A DNA stretch of 63,933 bases, filler included, from Octopus bimaculoides (taxonomy: Eukaryota), in NCBI RefSeq assembly GCF_001194135.2. It is 7 parts of 7 records of this genome, joined end to end, with 100 filler letters (N's around TTAATTAATTAA, not from the genome) between each part and the next. Parts side by side here need not be neighbours in the genome. Positions count along the whole stretch, not along the records: positions 52,694 to 58,478 come from NC_068989.1; positions 58,579 to 60,534 come from NW_026370174.1; positions 60,635 to 62,761 come from NW_026406249.1; positions 62,862 to 63,933 come from NW_026299868.1; 3 more parts are not named here. The stretch is one strand, 5' to 3'. How positions within the stretch are numbered: the first letter of the stretch is position 1; every line of letters begins with the position of its first letter. A program made the translations under genes and the position numbers. A model generated the notes under the pieces. It ran no database searches and was not told the DNA's origin. It was given only the letters and a program-made list of their open reading frames with translations. Positions 52,594 through 63,933 of this stretch are shown one piece after another.

Positions 52594-53411
52594 NNNNNNN
52601 NNNNNNNNNNNNNNNNNNNNNNNNNNNNNNNNNNNNNTTAATTAATTAANNNNNNNNNNNNNNNNNNNNNNNNNNNNNNNNNNNNNNNNNNNNACACACA
52701 CACACACATACACACACAAGCACACACCACACACACACGCGCGCACACACGCACACACACACTCATGCACTCATGCACGTACGCACACAAAACGAGAATG
52801 GCCGTGAGCCGGAATGTTCGATCAAAGGTCTGCTCAACCGGGACCAACTCGAAGCTAAACACTCACAAAAGCAGCAACAACACCAATTGCAGGACACATA
52901 AAGTTTTACCATTTACTTAATGAATGAGTAATAGACTAAGTAATTAAGTAATTAACCTCTAACGATACATGGAAGTCTTAGAAATTAATTAACGTTTCAT
53001 AAGTTAGCGAAATCCGACAATCGAGGAGAGTAAATTCCATTCACCAGGTCTTCTTGTTTCGTTCTTTCCCTAGAATTGTGGCTTTGCAAAAATACATCTT
53101 TAAGGGTTTCTAAAGGGATTTACGAATTTATGACATTCATGCTTCAATTTTTTTTTGTGCATGGATTGATTGATCGAGTAAGATGACAGCTGGGACAGAA
53201 TTTGGCGAAGACGATGGAAATGGAAACCATCAAATAATGAAGGTATCTGTAATTCTCCTGAACTAGCGTGGCATAGAGAAGTCCAAAGGACAGTTGTGAA
53301 CATATTTCTACCTCAACTAGGCGTCATCAGCAAAATATTAATCAGCATTATTCCAGCCAAGCATCTTTTTTCAATATGCGGAGGAAAAGGTAAATTGGAC
53401 ACATAATTATA

Positions 53412-53790
53412 TTACGTGGGTGAATCAAAAAGTAATGCCATTTTGTTTAGGACAGGTATAATTACCAACATAGGAACATGTATCATACATCAAAATGAAA
53501 CTGGTCCTCTGTAGATCACATCTCTACTTCTCAACATAGTCACTGTTTCTCTCAAAAGCAATGTTCCACCTTCAAATGAGAGCATGTATCCCTGCTCCGT
53601 AAAACTCTGTTGACTGTTCTTTGAGCCACTTCTTCACAGGAGTTTTCACTTCCTCATCACTGGAATAATTTAATGCCTTCAGACTATCATCTCTTTGGTC
53701 CCATGAAAGAGGGTTTGAGAGGCAAACATTATTCTAGTGACGAGGAAGTGAAAACTGTAGTGAAGAAGTGGCCCAAAGAACTGTCACATT
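53412..53790. mobile_element. Two inverted mariner 3' fragments (fold-back remnant)
   Basis: Minus strand 53412-53665 reads DEEVKTPVKKWLKEQSTEFYGAGIHALI*RWNIAFE; plus strand 53670-53790 reads PSDYHLFGPMKEGLRGKHYSSDEEVKTVVKKWPKE. Confidence 0.8.
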
Positions 53791-53864
53791 AGTTCACATC
53801 TATTCAAAAAATTCGGGATTTTTGTTGCTTCGGGCCGTTTGCGTCTTATAAAGAAAATGAGTAT

Positions 53865-54220
53865 TCTTCTATTCTTTTATTCTTTTATTTGCTTCAGTCA
53901 GTTGACCGCGACCATGCTGGAGCACCGCCTTGAAAGGTTTTAGACGAATGAATCGACCCCACGACTTATGTTTTAAAGCCTAATACTTATTCAATCGGTT
54001 TCTTTTGCCAAATTGCTACGTTGTCAAGCAATGTTGGCGGCGGGACAAACACACACACACACATACGAACAGATACGGCGGGCTTCTTTCAGTTTTCTTC
54101 TACCAAATCCACTCTCAAGGCTTTGGTCAGCCCGAGGCTGACTTGCCAAGGTGTCACGCAGTGGGACTGAACCCGGAACCATGTGGTTGGAAAGCAAGCT
54201 TCTTACCACACAGCCACAGT
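53865..54220 (-). mobile_element. SINE family B
   Basis: Tail-to-head match. Further partial copies at ~36195-36428, 42726-42892, 45008-45230, 49612-49700, 60830-60962 and 61975-62155. Confidence 0.8.
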
Positions 54221-54460
54221 TGTAGTGGTATTAGTGGCTATGATGATTATAGTTGTAGTAGTCGTAGTATTTGGTGTCGTGGCGGCGGCGGCGGCGGCGA
54301 TTGTAGTCGTCCTTGAGCGTCAGATAACTGTTTTGTGACAACTGATTCGGTTCTTTAGGTTTTAAGTTCAAATCCCAAAGTTACCAACTTTTCCATTTAT
54401 CTTTCTGGAATCAATGTACAAAGTAGCAGTCAAATACTCATCGGGAATCTTCTCTCTGTC

Positions 54461-54563
<103 letters not shown>

Positions 54564-55375
54564 NNNNNNNNNNNNNNNNNNNNNNNNNNNNNNNNNNNNN
54601 NNNNNNNNNNNNNNNNNNNNNNNNNNNNNNNNNNNNNNNNNNNNNNNNNNNNNNNNNNNNNNNNNNNNNNNNNNNNNNNNNNNNNNNNNNNNNNNNNNNN
54701 NNNNNNNNNNNNNNNNNNNNNNNNNNNNNNNNNNNNNNNNNNNNNNNNNNNNNNNNNNNNNNNNNNNNNNNNNNNNNNNNNNNNNNNNNNNNNNNNNNNN
54801 NNNNNNNNNNNNNNNNNNNNNNNNNNNNNNNNNNNNNNNNNNNNNNNNNNNNNNNNNNNNNNNNNNNNNNNNNNNNNNNNNNNNNNNNNNNNNNNNNNNN
54901 NNNNNNNNNNNNNNNNNNNNNNNNNNNNNNNNNNNNNNNNNNNNNNNNNNNNNNNNNNNNNNNNNNNNNNNNNNNNNNNNNNNNNNNNNNNNNNNNNNNN
55001 NNNNNNNNNNNNNNNNNNNNNNNNNNNNNNNNNNNNNNNNNNNNNNNNNNNNNNNNNNNNNNNNNNNNNNNNNNNNNNNNNNNNNNNNNNNNNNNGCTGC
55101 CTTAGTGTATACATGTGTGCATTAATCACACCAGTGTAGACACACACACGCACACACACGCCAACGCCACCACCACCACCATTACATTAGACTACACGTA
55201 CATACACACATATATATAGCTGTGAGTTTGTGTGTGTATATATGCCACATAGTTAACAGATACACACATGTCATATGTATTTGTCTTAATATACATATTT
55301 GAACAATACAGTTCAAAAGGAACATAAATACATTTGATATACATACATACATGCATACATACATACAATCATACA

Positions 55376-55407
<32 letters not shown>

Positions 55408-55892
55408 CAAGCATATACACACCCACACCTATATATATAATATATAATATGTAATTATATATATATATATATATCAATATAGTGACTTGGGCACAAAATA
55501 AGGCAACATGTGTAAAACTTCCCATGGTTACGTCAATATATATATACATACATAATATATATGCATAATATATATACATTATATATATAATATATATATA
55601 TATAAATATGAGGTCATGCAATAAAACAAGAAGAGAAGAAGGAAGGGGAGAGAGAAAGAGAGAGAAGAAAGAGGTGGGGGGGATAGTCTTAGTAGAGTCC
55701 GTGGTCATTCAGAGTTGCCGTCCAACTCACTCCAAGCCATTCGACATAATAACTTACTACGCACATAGAAAGCAAGACAGACATAGGAGCACGTACATGC
55801 CGTCTGTTTGTGTGCCAGCGTATGATTCTGTATGCGTGCATGTGTGGATAGTACGTATGTGTGTGTGTGTGTGTTTATCTGTGAATATATAA

Positions 55893-55946
<54 letters not shown>

Positions 55947-56159
55947 GCATATATATATATATGCATATATATATATATATATATATATATAAGTTCAAAA
56001 AATGAAAAAGACAAAAAAAGAAAACGACAAAAAACAATAACGTGAGGACGTGGTACATATTGTAGACGCTCGGGAAAGGAAAGAAAGAGAATATGACGTT
56101 TCGAACGGAGCTCTTCGTCGGAAACAACGAAAGAAAAATGGAAACATTACTGGAAACAT

Positions 56160-56630
56160 TACTGCAGAAACATATTGACATGAAATTGCCAAAATGAACA
56201 AAAAACTGCTGCTCCTCCGTCCCAGACTGGTCAACAGAAGAGGGCTAATTTTTCTTCATGACAACGCTAGACCACACGCTTTACTAATGACGTTCCAGAA
56301 GTTGAGGGAACTTGACAATGAAGTTCTTCTCCACCCAGCTTATTCCCCAGACCTTTCTCCTACCGACTACCACTTTTCTAAGCACCTTGTTGGTTTCCAG
56401 CGAGAGAAGGAGTTCGAAAATCAAACCGATGCTGAAACTACGTTCAAAAAGTTCATCAGCTCCAGAACTCCAGATATTTATGTTACCGGAATAAACAAAC
56501 TTGTAATTCGTTAGCAAAAATGTGTTGATTGTAATGGTACTTTGATGAATAAATTTTCCGCATTCTTGAAATATATTGAGATGAATTTCAGGTTTCAAAA
56601 CGTTGCTTACTTTTTACTCAGCTAGATATA
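56160..56630 (+). mobile_element. Mariner (DD34D) transposase C-terminal half and right end
   Basis: ORF 56194-56514 has FLHDNARPH...HPAYSPDLSPTDYHF with 34 residues between the Asp residues; premature stop; TIR-like acgttgcttactttttactcagcta after it. Confidence 0.9.
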
Positions 56631-56879
56631 TACACACGCGTATTTATTCTACACACATGCATGCACACTCACTTGTATATGCCACTGTGTGTAGGTTCAT
56701 GCGTGTCTTATTAATCCAGTTTTTCTAACAAAACACATTTTTGTTATATCTCAGGATATTTTTTTTTTGCCAAATTAACACACGCAGTCGTTCGATACTT
56801 GACACTTCAATGAAATTCCACACAAACGTGCGACATGACAGGTTGTATTTTGTGTACCTGGGATCAGTTTGAAAATAGA

Positions 56880-57330
56880 GAATCAACGAACCTTATCGAC
56901 ACCTCATACTCTTTTTTAAAAAAGGGAGAAGTCAGCAAAAGCAAAAACCTCCAAGAAGGTATGCGCGGAGTACGGAAAGGTTGTTGTTGCGGAACGTGTG
57001 TGCCAGAAGTGGTTGTCAAAATTTCGATGAGGAAAGACCCATAAGACCAGGATGATTGCAGTTATTGTGCAAATATTCAAATCACGTGTAGAAAACCATC
57101 TTCATCAATTTAGTTATGTCAGAAAACTCGATGTTTCGGTCCCACGTCATTTGAATGAGGTTCATTTCGCCCAACGGATTTCCGTCTGCGATTCGTTACG
57201 GAAACGTGAAGAAAAACGACCCACGTTTTGAATAGAATGGTGACAGGGGACGAAAAATAGACCGTCTATGACAATGTGAAGGAGAGACGATGATGGGGGA
57301 AGCGCGGCGAGTCACTGCAAACAACCCTCA
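56880..57330 (+). mobile_element. Mariner transposase N-terminal half, degenerate
   Basis: Frameshifted HLILFF...ERVCQKWLSKFR...KLDVSVPRHLNEVHFAQRISVCDSL...NRMVTGDEK*TVYDN (WVPHEL-like and TGDEKW-like motifs). Confidence 0.75.
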
Positions 57331-57353
57331 AAGCATATGTATATATGTATATA

Positions 57354-57389
<36 letters not shown>

Positions 57390-58634
57390 GTTTGCATTCA
57401 GGTATATGCTAATATACGTGTATATATATNNNNNNNNNNNNNNNNNNNNNNNNNNNNNNNNNNNNNNNNNNNNNNNNNNNNNNNNNNNNNNNNNNNNNNN
57501 NNNNNNNNNNNNNNNNNNNNNNNNNNNNNNNNNNNNNNNNNNNNNNNNNNNNNNNNNNNNNNNNNNNNNNNNNNNNNNNNNNNNNNNNNNNNNNNATTTA
57601 TATATATACACGTATATTAGCACATACCTGAATACAAACTAAGCGGAAATACACAATTCGAACCAAAATGGAAGCGAAATTAAAAACAAACCAGCAAAGT
57701 CTAGCGAAAGAGCAACATAGACATACACACAATGCCACCAGTTTGCGCGTGTTCGTGCAATTAGGTGTCTACGATATTTGTGTGGGCAAGTGGCGGCACT
57801 TGCAAAGCTATTTATCCGTTCCCTGTTCTGGTCGTGTGCAGTCATTACTTGAACCTGTTGTTAGACCGGAAACCTTCAGAGGAAGGCCTACGACGGAGAG
57901 AACGGAAGTCTTAACGACATAACAATTGACCAATTACAACGAGTCGTGTGTTATGGCTCCCGTCTATTCACCTTCTTCAATCTCTGTCTGCTTTCCCCCC
58001 CTCTCTCTCTTTCTCTGCCTCACTCATTCACTCACTCACACACGCACAAGCACCTTTTTTTTAGTTATTCGTGCGCTCATTCGATTTTTTTCCTTTCTGT
58101 CGTTTCTTCCGTTTCTTTCTTTGACTTGCATTCTCTCTCTCTCTCTCCCTCTCCCTTTCTCTCTCTCTCTCTCTCCCTCTCCCTTTCTCTCTCCCTCTCA
58201 CTCTCCCTTTCTTCTTGTCTCTCTTTCTCTCTTTCAACTCCTCTCTATCTTTCTTCTCCTCTATCTCTCTTTCACATTCTCCTTCTCTTTCGCTCTGCTT
58301 ATAAGCTTTCATTCTTTGTTACTTTTTTTTTTCACTACTCTTTTTCTTCTTCTATTTCTTCATTCATTCATTCATCCATCAACCCCACTTGCTTTCTTTC
58401 TTTCTCTCTTTCTTTATTTCTTTCTTTCTTTCTTTCTTTCTTTCTTTCGGTCAGTCTGTCTGTCTATCTGCCTATATANNNNNNNNNNNNNNNNNNNNNN
58501 NNNNNNNNNNNNNNNNNNNNNNTTAATTAATTAANNNNNNNNNNNNNNNNNNNNNNNNNNNNNNNNNNNNNNNNNNNNACCACCACCGCCACCACCACCA
58601 CCACCTTTTCTTCTTCTCTTTGTTCTTCCTCCAG

Positions 58635-58794
58635 GAACGAGTTCCAAGACGGTGGTGCTGCTGTTGGTTCGACGGAGGACCAGTGTCGCAGGCAAGCAGT
58701 CCGAAGACGTCCCCCATCCAGGAAGCGCATACCCACCCCTCTACCTGTCACTCTTCTCTTGCCTCCCTCATCACCTGAGACGTCCCTTGAACAG
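58635..58794 (+). CDS. LRRIQ1: Internal coding exon 1 of 3 visible, LRRIQ1-like protein (x-NEFQDGG...RRQAVRRRPPSRKRIPTPLPVTLLLPPSSPETSLEQ)
   Basis: Acceptor ttcttcctccag|G, donor CAG|gtgcgt. The 160 nt (1 + 53 codons) are open in the frame that splices in phase 0 onto the next exon; a basic RRRP stretch and the ...SLEQ|LTTV junction resemble the remembered vertebrate LRRIQ1 segment ...TLQQVTTV. Confidence 0.7.
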
Positions 58795-58897
58795 GTGCGT
58801 AGACATTTTTTTCCTTTTTTCTTACATGTTTTTTTTTAGTATTATTATTAATATCATTATTATTATTATTATTATTATTTATCTGTTTATCTTCCAG

Positions 58898-59050
58898 CTG
58901 ACCACAGTCCAACTCCAGGACCTACCAGGCTGTAGTTTGTCCACCTTGGGTCAGTGTGTCAACCTGCAGTGTCTGTCATTGGTCAATTGTCATATCCTGT
59001 CCCTGGATGGACTTCAGCCATGCTCACAGCTCAGATACATCAACGTCCAG
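58898..59050 (+). CDS. LRRIQ1: Internal coding exon 2, LRRIQ1-like LRR region (LTTVQLQDLPGCSLSTLGQCVNLQCLSLVNCHILSLDGLQPCSQLRYINVQ)
   Basis: Acceptor cttccag|, donor CAG|gtaagg, 153 nt = 51 codons, LxxLxLxxC/N LRR pattern. QDLPGCxLSTL matches my recollection of LRRIQ1 (VTTVTFQDLPGCVLSTLAECTNLQFLSL); not database-verified. Confidence 0.85.
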
Positions 59051-59585
59051 GTAAGGGAACTTAATTACAGATGAGCTAATATTATCCAAGGAAGGAAGGA
59101 AGGGTGGTTACAGGTAAGCTAAGGTCTAGTTAAAAAGGCAATTATAGGTAAGGTGATATTCAGGTAATAAAAGATTATTACAGGTGAGAGAGGGTGATTA
59201 CAGGTGAGATAATTTAAGGTAACAGAGACTGTAATCAGTCTCTCTTACCTGGATAGCATCATATGTATGNNNNNNNNNNNNNNNNNNNNNNNNNNNNNNN
59301 NNNNNNNNNNNNNNNNNNNNNNNNNNNNNNNNNNNNNNNNNNNNNNNNNNNNNNNNNNNNNNNNNNNNNNNNNNNNNNNNNNNNNNNNNNNNNNNNNNNN
59401 NNNNNNNNNNNNNNNNNNNNNNNNNNNNNNNNNNNNNNNNNNNNNNNNNNNNNNNNNNNNNNNNNNNNNNNNNNNNNNNNNNNNNNNNNNNNNNNNNNNN
59501 NNNNNNNNNNNNNNNNNNNNNNNNNNNNNNNNNNNNNNNNNNNNNNNNNNNNNNNNNNNNNNNNNNNNNNNNNNNNNNNNNTATA

Positions 59586-59945
59586 GGTACAGCCGTGGCT
59601 GTGTGGTAAGAAGCTTGCACCCCAACCACATGGTTCTAAGTTCAGTCCCACTGCATGGCACCTTGGGCAAGTGTCTTCTACTATAGCCTCAGGCCGACCA
59701 AAACCTTGTAAGTGCATTTGGTGGACAGAAATTGAAAGAAGCCTGTCATATCTATCTACCTGTCTGTCTATCTATATATATATATATATATATATACATA
59801 CATACACATGCACACATATATTATATACAGTCCCACTGCATGGCACCTTGGGCAAGTGTCTTATACTATAGCCTTGAGCTGACCAAAGCCTTGTGAATGG
59901 ACCTGGTAGAGGGAAACTAAAAGAAGCCCGTTGTATATATGTATA
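59586..59945 (+). mobile_element. SINE family B 5' half with internal tandem duplication, in the intron between LRR exons 2 and 3
   Basis: cagtcccactgcatggcaccttgggcaagtgtctt...aagaagcc occurs twice (~59642 and ~59828). Confidence 0.8.
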
Positions 59946-60103
59946 TATGTGTGTGTGTGTGTGTGTATATCTACGCAAAAGAAAGGTAATTGTTTATGCA
60001 TGAAGTAACTCTCACATTCTCTCACAATCAATCTGGACAATTGCTCCACCGCCCTCATCATCACCACTACCAACTCCACCACCACCACCACCACCACCAC
60101 CAG

Positions 60104-60254
60104 AACAATGACATTGAGTACGTCAACCTTAGAGGGATGACCAGTGTCCAGTATGTCGATCTGAATAGAAACAAGCTGACCGCAGTCCATGGCTTTGATA
60201 GTCTGACCAATTTAGTATGGCTCAACTTGGCCCAGAACAACATCACAAAACTCG
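60104..60254 (+). CDS. LRRIQ1: Internal coding exon 3, LRRIQ1-like LRR region (NNDIEYVNLRGMTSVQYVDLNRNKLTAVHGFDSLTNLVWLNLAQNNITKL-G)
   Basis: Acceptor caccag|, donor G|gtaaga, 151 nt = 50 codons + 1. In frame with exon 2 (Q|N); two LRR units (LNRNKL, LAQNNI). Confidence 0.85.
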
Positions 60255-60405
60255 GTAAGAATTTTAATTCCATTGAAAATTCTATTTATTGAATCAATAA
60301 TTTCATTGTTATTATTATTATTTTTCTTTTCTAATTTTTGAAATGGGTTTTTTAATGTTTTTATTTTCGTTCAATATGTGTATGCCTCTATACATATGTA
60401 CATAT

Positions 60406-60436
<31 letters not shown>

Positions 60437-62711
60437 CCTGTCTGTCTGTTTGCCTGTCTGTCTGTCTGTCTGTCTGTCTTTCTGTTTGCCTGCCTGCCTG
60501 ATTGACTGACTGCCTACCTGACTGTCTGATTGTTNNNNNNNNNNNNNNNNNNNNNNNNNNNNNNNNNNNNNNNNNNNNTTAATTAATTAANNNNNNNNNN
60601 NNNNNNNNNNNNNNNNNNNNNNNNNNNNNNNNNNTATATATACACACACACACATATATGCAGACAGATATATGTGTGTGTAAAGATAGGTAGATAGATA
60701 CAAACATACATACATACATACATAGAAAAATAGATCGATCTCTCCTGCTGCCTTTGTTTCTACGCTTCAAAACCTGTTTTCTCTCTATTTCCTCCTCTCG
60801 TTTTGATACTACATATCTCGTCTCTCCTTTAACGGGCTTCTTTCACTTTCCACTAAATCCCCTTACAAGGCTTTGGCAGACCCGAGACTATAGCAGAAGC
60901 CACTTGCCCAAGGTGCCACGCTGTGGGACTGAACCCGGAACTATGTGATTTGGAAGCAGCCACATATATTTATACACATACCAACAAGTGTCATTTTCCA
61001 TTAAGTCGTGTCTTGTTCTGTTGCCGTTTATCAAGTGTTTGTTTTCGTCTCTGCCCTTTACGTTACCTCACTTAATCCCAGCAGCTCCTTTGCTACTGAN
61101 NNNNNNNNNNNNNNNNNNNNNNNNNNNNNNNNNNNNNNNNNNNNNNNNNNNNNNNNNNNNNNNNNNNNNNNNNNNNNNNNNNNNNNNNNNNNNNNNNNNN
61201 NNNNNNNNNNNNNNNNNNNNNNNNNNNNNNNNNNNNNNNNNNNNNNNNNNNNNNNNNNNNNNNNNNNNNNNNNNNNNNNNNNNNNNNNNNNNNNNNNNNN
61301 NNNNNNNNNNNNNNNNNNNNNNNNNNNNNNNNNNNNNNNNNNNNNNNNNNNNNNNNNNNNNNNNNNNNNNNNNNNNNNNNNNNNNNNNNNNNNNNNNNNN
61401 NNNNNNNNNNNNNNNNNNNNNNNNNNNNNNNNNNNNNNNNNNNNNNNNNNNNNNNNNNNNNNNNNNNNNNNNNNNNNNNNNNNNNNNNNNNNNNNNNNNN
61501 NNNNNNNNNNNNNNNNNNNNNNNNNNNNNNNNNNNNNNNNNNNNNNNNNNNNNNNNNNNNNNNNNNNNNNNNNNNNNNNNNNNNNNNNNNNNNNNNNNNN
61601 NNNNNNNNNNNNNNNNNNNNNNNNNNNNNNNNNNNNNNNNNNNNNNNNNNNNNNNNNNNNNNNNNNNNNNNNNNNNNNNNNNNNNNNNNNNNNNNNNNNN
61701 NNNNNNNNNNNNNNNNNNNNNNNNNNNNNNNNNNNNNNNNNNNNNNNNNNNNNNNNNNNNNNNNNNNNNNNNNNNNNNNNNNNNNNNNNNNNNNNNNNNN
61801 NNNNNNNNNNNNNNNNNNNNNNNNNNNNNNNNNNNNNNNNNNNNNNNNNNNNNNNNNNNNNNNNNNNNNNNNNNNNNNNNNNNNNNNNNNNNNNNNNNNN
61901 NNNNNNNNNNNNNNATGTATATATATGTATATGTATATATATGTATATGTGTGTGTGTGTGTGTGTTTGTGTGTCTGTGTCCCCCTAACATGGCTTGACA
62001 ACCGATGCTGGTGTGTTTACGTCCCCGTCACTTAGCAGTTCGGCAAGAGAGACTGGTAGTCTATGTACTGGGGTCGATTTGCTCGACTGAAAGCGGTGCT
62101 CCAGCATGGCAGCAGTCAAATGACTGAAACAAACAAAAGAAAGAATAAAAGAATAGTTTTGTCAACCTTTCGATCGGAGGTGGTGGGCATGTCGGCCTGC
62201 TCGCCTAGCCAGCGGAGTGACATCATTTGAAGGTTAAAACAATGCAAAAACGCACTGTGACCAGCGGTGTCTCACAAAATATCTGATTGCCTGGTTGGTG
62301 ATCACGTGATACATATTTGCAGTCACGTGGTATATCGTTAGTTACATCTGACCAGAAAGTTCCCATTGGTCTCACTATTGCACTTGGCAATAGAGGCGAC
62401 TATTCAGGTCTGCTGACCGGAGGCACATAGACTCTTTACGAACAGAGGTAAAAATACGGTGCTTAGATATATTATAAATATATAAATGCATTTGATAAAT
62501 AACAGTTCAGAATGACTCGGAGCATCAATGATAGACTATTCCATGTCCTATAGAAATCGTGCTGGAACGTCTGTCTGGTTTGTCAATTATAATAGATTTT
62601 TAGAATCACGTGCGCACATTTCTCCAACACTCCTGTCATTTATGCTAATTTGATCCATCTATCAATCTACCTGTTTTAACTGCATCTCTAGCTCTCTCTT
62701 TCTTTCAACCC

Positions 62712-62746
<35 letters not shown>

Positions 62747-63933
62747 TCTCCCTCTCTCTCTNNNNNNNNNNNNNNNNNNNNNNNNNNNNNNNNNNNNNNN
62801 NNNNNTTAATTAATTAANNNNNNNNNNNNNNNNNNNNNNNNNNNNNNNNNNNNNNNNNNNNTGTGGCAACGCTTAATTGTCAAATGTAGCATTTTACTCT
62901 CTCTCCTTTTCTCTCTCACACAAACACATACACACGCATGTGCACACACACACACTGTGTCCAAATAACCCCCTCAAAAAACGTCTATGTACAGGCACAT
63001 TCCACCCCCTTATATTCATAAAGATGCATGGATACACTCTTATAGTGCTCCTTGTCCCTTCATAAGTTCTCACAGCCAAAGGCCATTGCAGAAGGCACAA
63101 CCATACAGGAAACAGACACAGAAGATCGCTAATTCTTCATCAGTTATCAACCAAATGGTATAACTCAGTTTCGCACCCATGATTATATAATTGTGTAAGT
63201 GTGATTGTGTGCATGCACATTGATATCCCCTGCCCCCGTCTAATATTAGCAGTGAAGCAAATAAACTGGTCAAGCATCAAAAGCTTAACTTAGCAGCCAT
63301 TCAGTAGAGGTTGACAAAATACATCCTGCAGTTGGAATAATTATGGAAACAAATGTTGGGGACAATGCCCCAGCATGGGCACAATCCAGTGACTGAAACC
63401 AGTAAAAGATTAACATTTAGGGCAAACACTTTTGTGTCATGGGTGTTGCTGTCCCCTGTCTTTGAATGCAGGAGTCCATGACTCATCAGGCAGTGAATGA
63501 GGTCTGTAGATGTGTGAGTCTCTTCCACCGCGAACCAGAGATACCCAGGGCAAACCAACAAAGTAGGTGACAAAAACCCTGCACAACAGTACGAGTTTTG
63601 TTGAGCAGGGTGTTGGGGCTCTGGGCCAGATGTTTCTGTCCTCTCCCATGCTCATTCTTCCTGCATCACTCATCTTCTCTCACAACTCAGATGTAATGAC
63701 TTGCTATGTGAGAGTCTTCCAACAAATTTCTGGCAACATCATTTCCCACCTTCACACCTAGTCCAAGAATCTTGAGTATTGGGTGAACACCGGTTCCAAT
63801 AAATCCCTAAACACCAATCTCTTGATGAAGGCACATTGCCTCCCATCCATTGTTTACACAGAATCCAACCAACTCACTGTGGTTAGCAATAGAAAAGAAA
63901 AGCAGACAACTTACAGTCTACTTGCCAGGTTTG

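Noticed and set aside
62340-62450. Exon-like segment with donor gag|gtaaaa downstream of LRR exon 3
   Set aside because: No frame continues the LRR pattern, and all three frames contain stops before the donor.

Overview
AT-rich, microsatellite-dense animal genomic DNA with many N gaps. The repeat content is typical of octopus/cephalopod DNA (inference from remembered SINE families, not a database search). The only well-supported host gene is three spliced, in-frame + strand exons at 58635-60254 encoding a leucine-rich-repeat protein I recognise from memory as LRRIQ1-like; the rest of that gene is not visible. Most of the window is repeat-derived. It holds dozens of tRNA-headed SINE copies, degenerate LINEs (R4/Dong-like, RTE-like), a Penelope-like element (PLE) GIY-YIG remnant with an inverted partial copy, Tc1/mariner remnants (DD34D, DD37D), two hAT MITEs with 8-bp TSDs and a 5S rRNA pseudogene. 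The most interesting signal is a set of type I minimal hammerhead-ribozyme (HHR) motifs from at least three unrelated repeat families. One family is a ~255-bp element combining a Pol III tRNA-like head with a 3' hammerhead; both of its full copies carry inverted partial copies at their 5' ends, so it is a candidate PLE-mobilised, ribozyme-bearing SINE. Nearly all ORFs in the supplied track are microsatellite or N-gap artefacts. Coordinates of degenerate repeats are approximate (about +/-10-20 bp); family labels A-E are mine.
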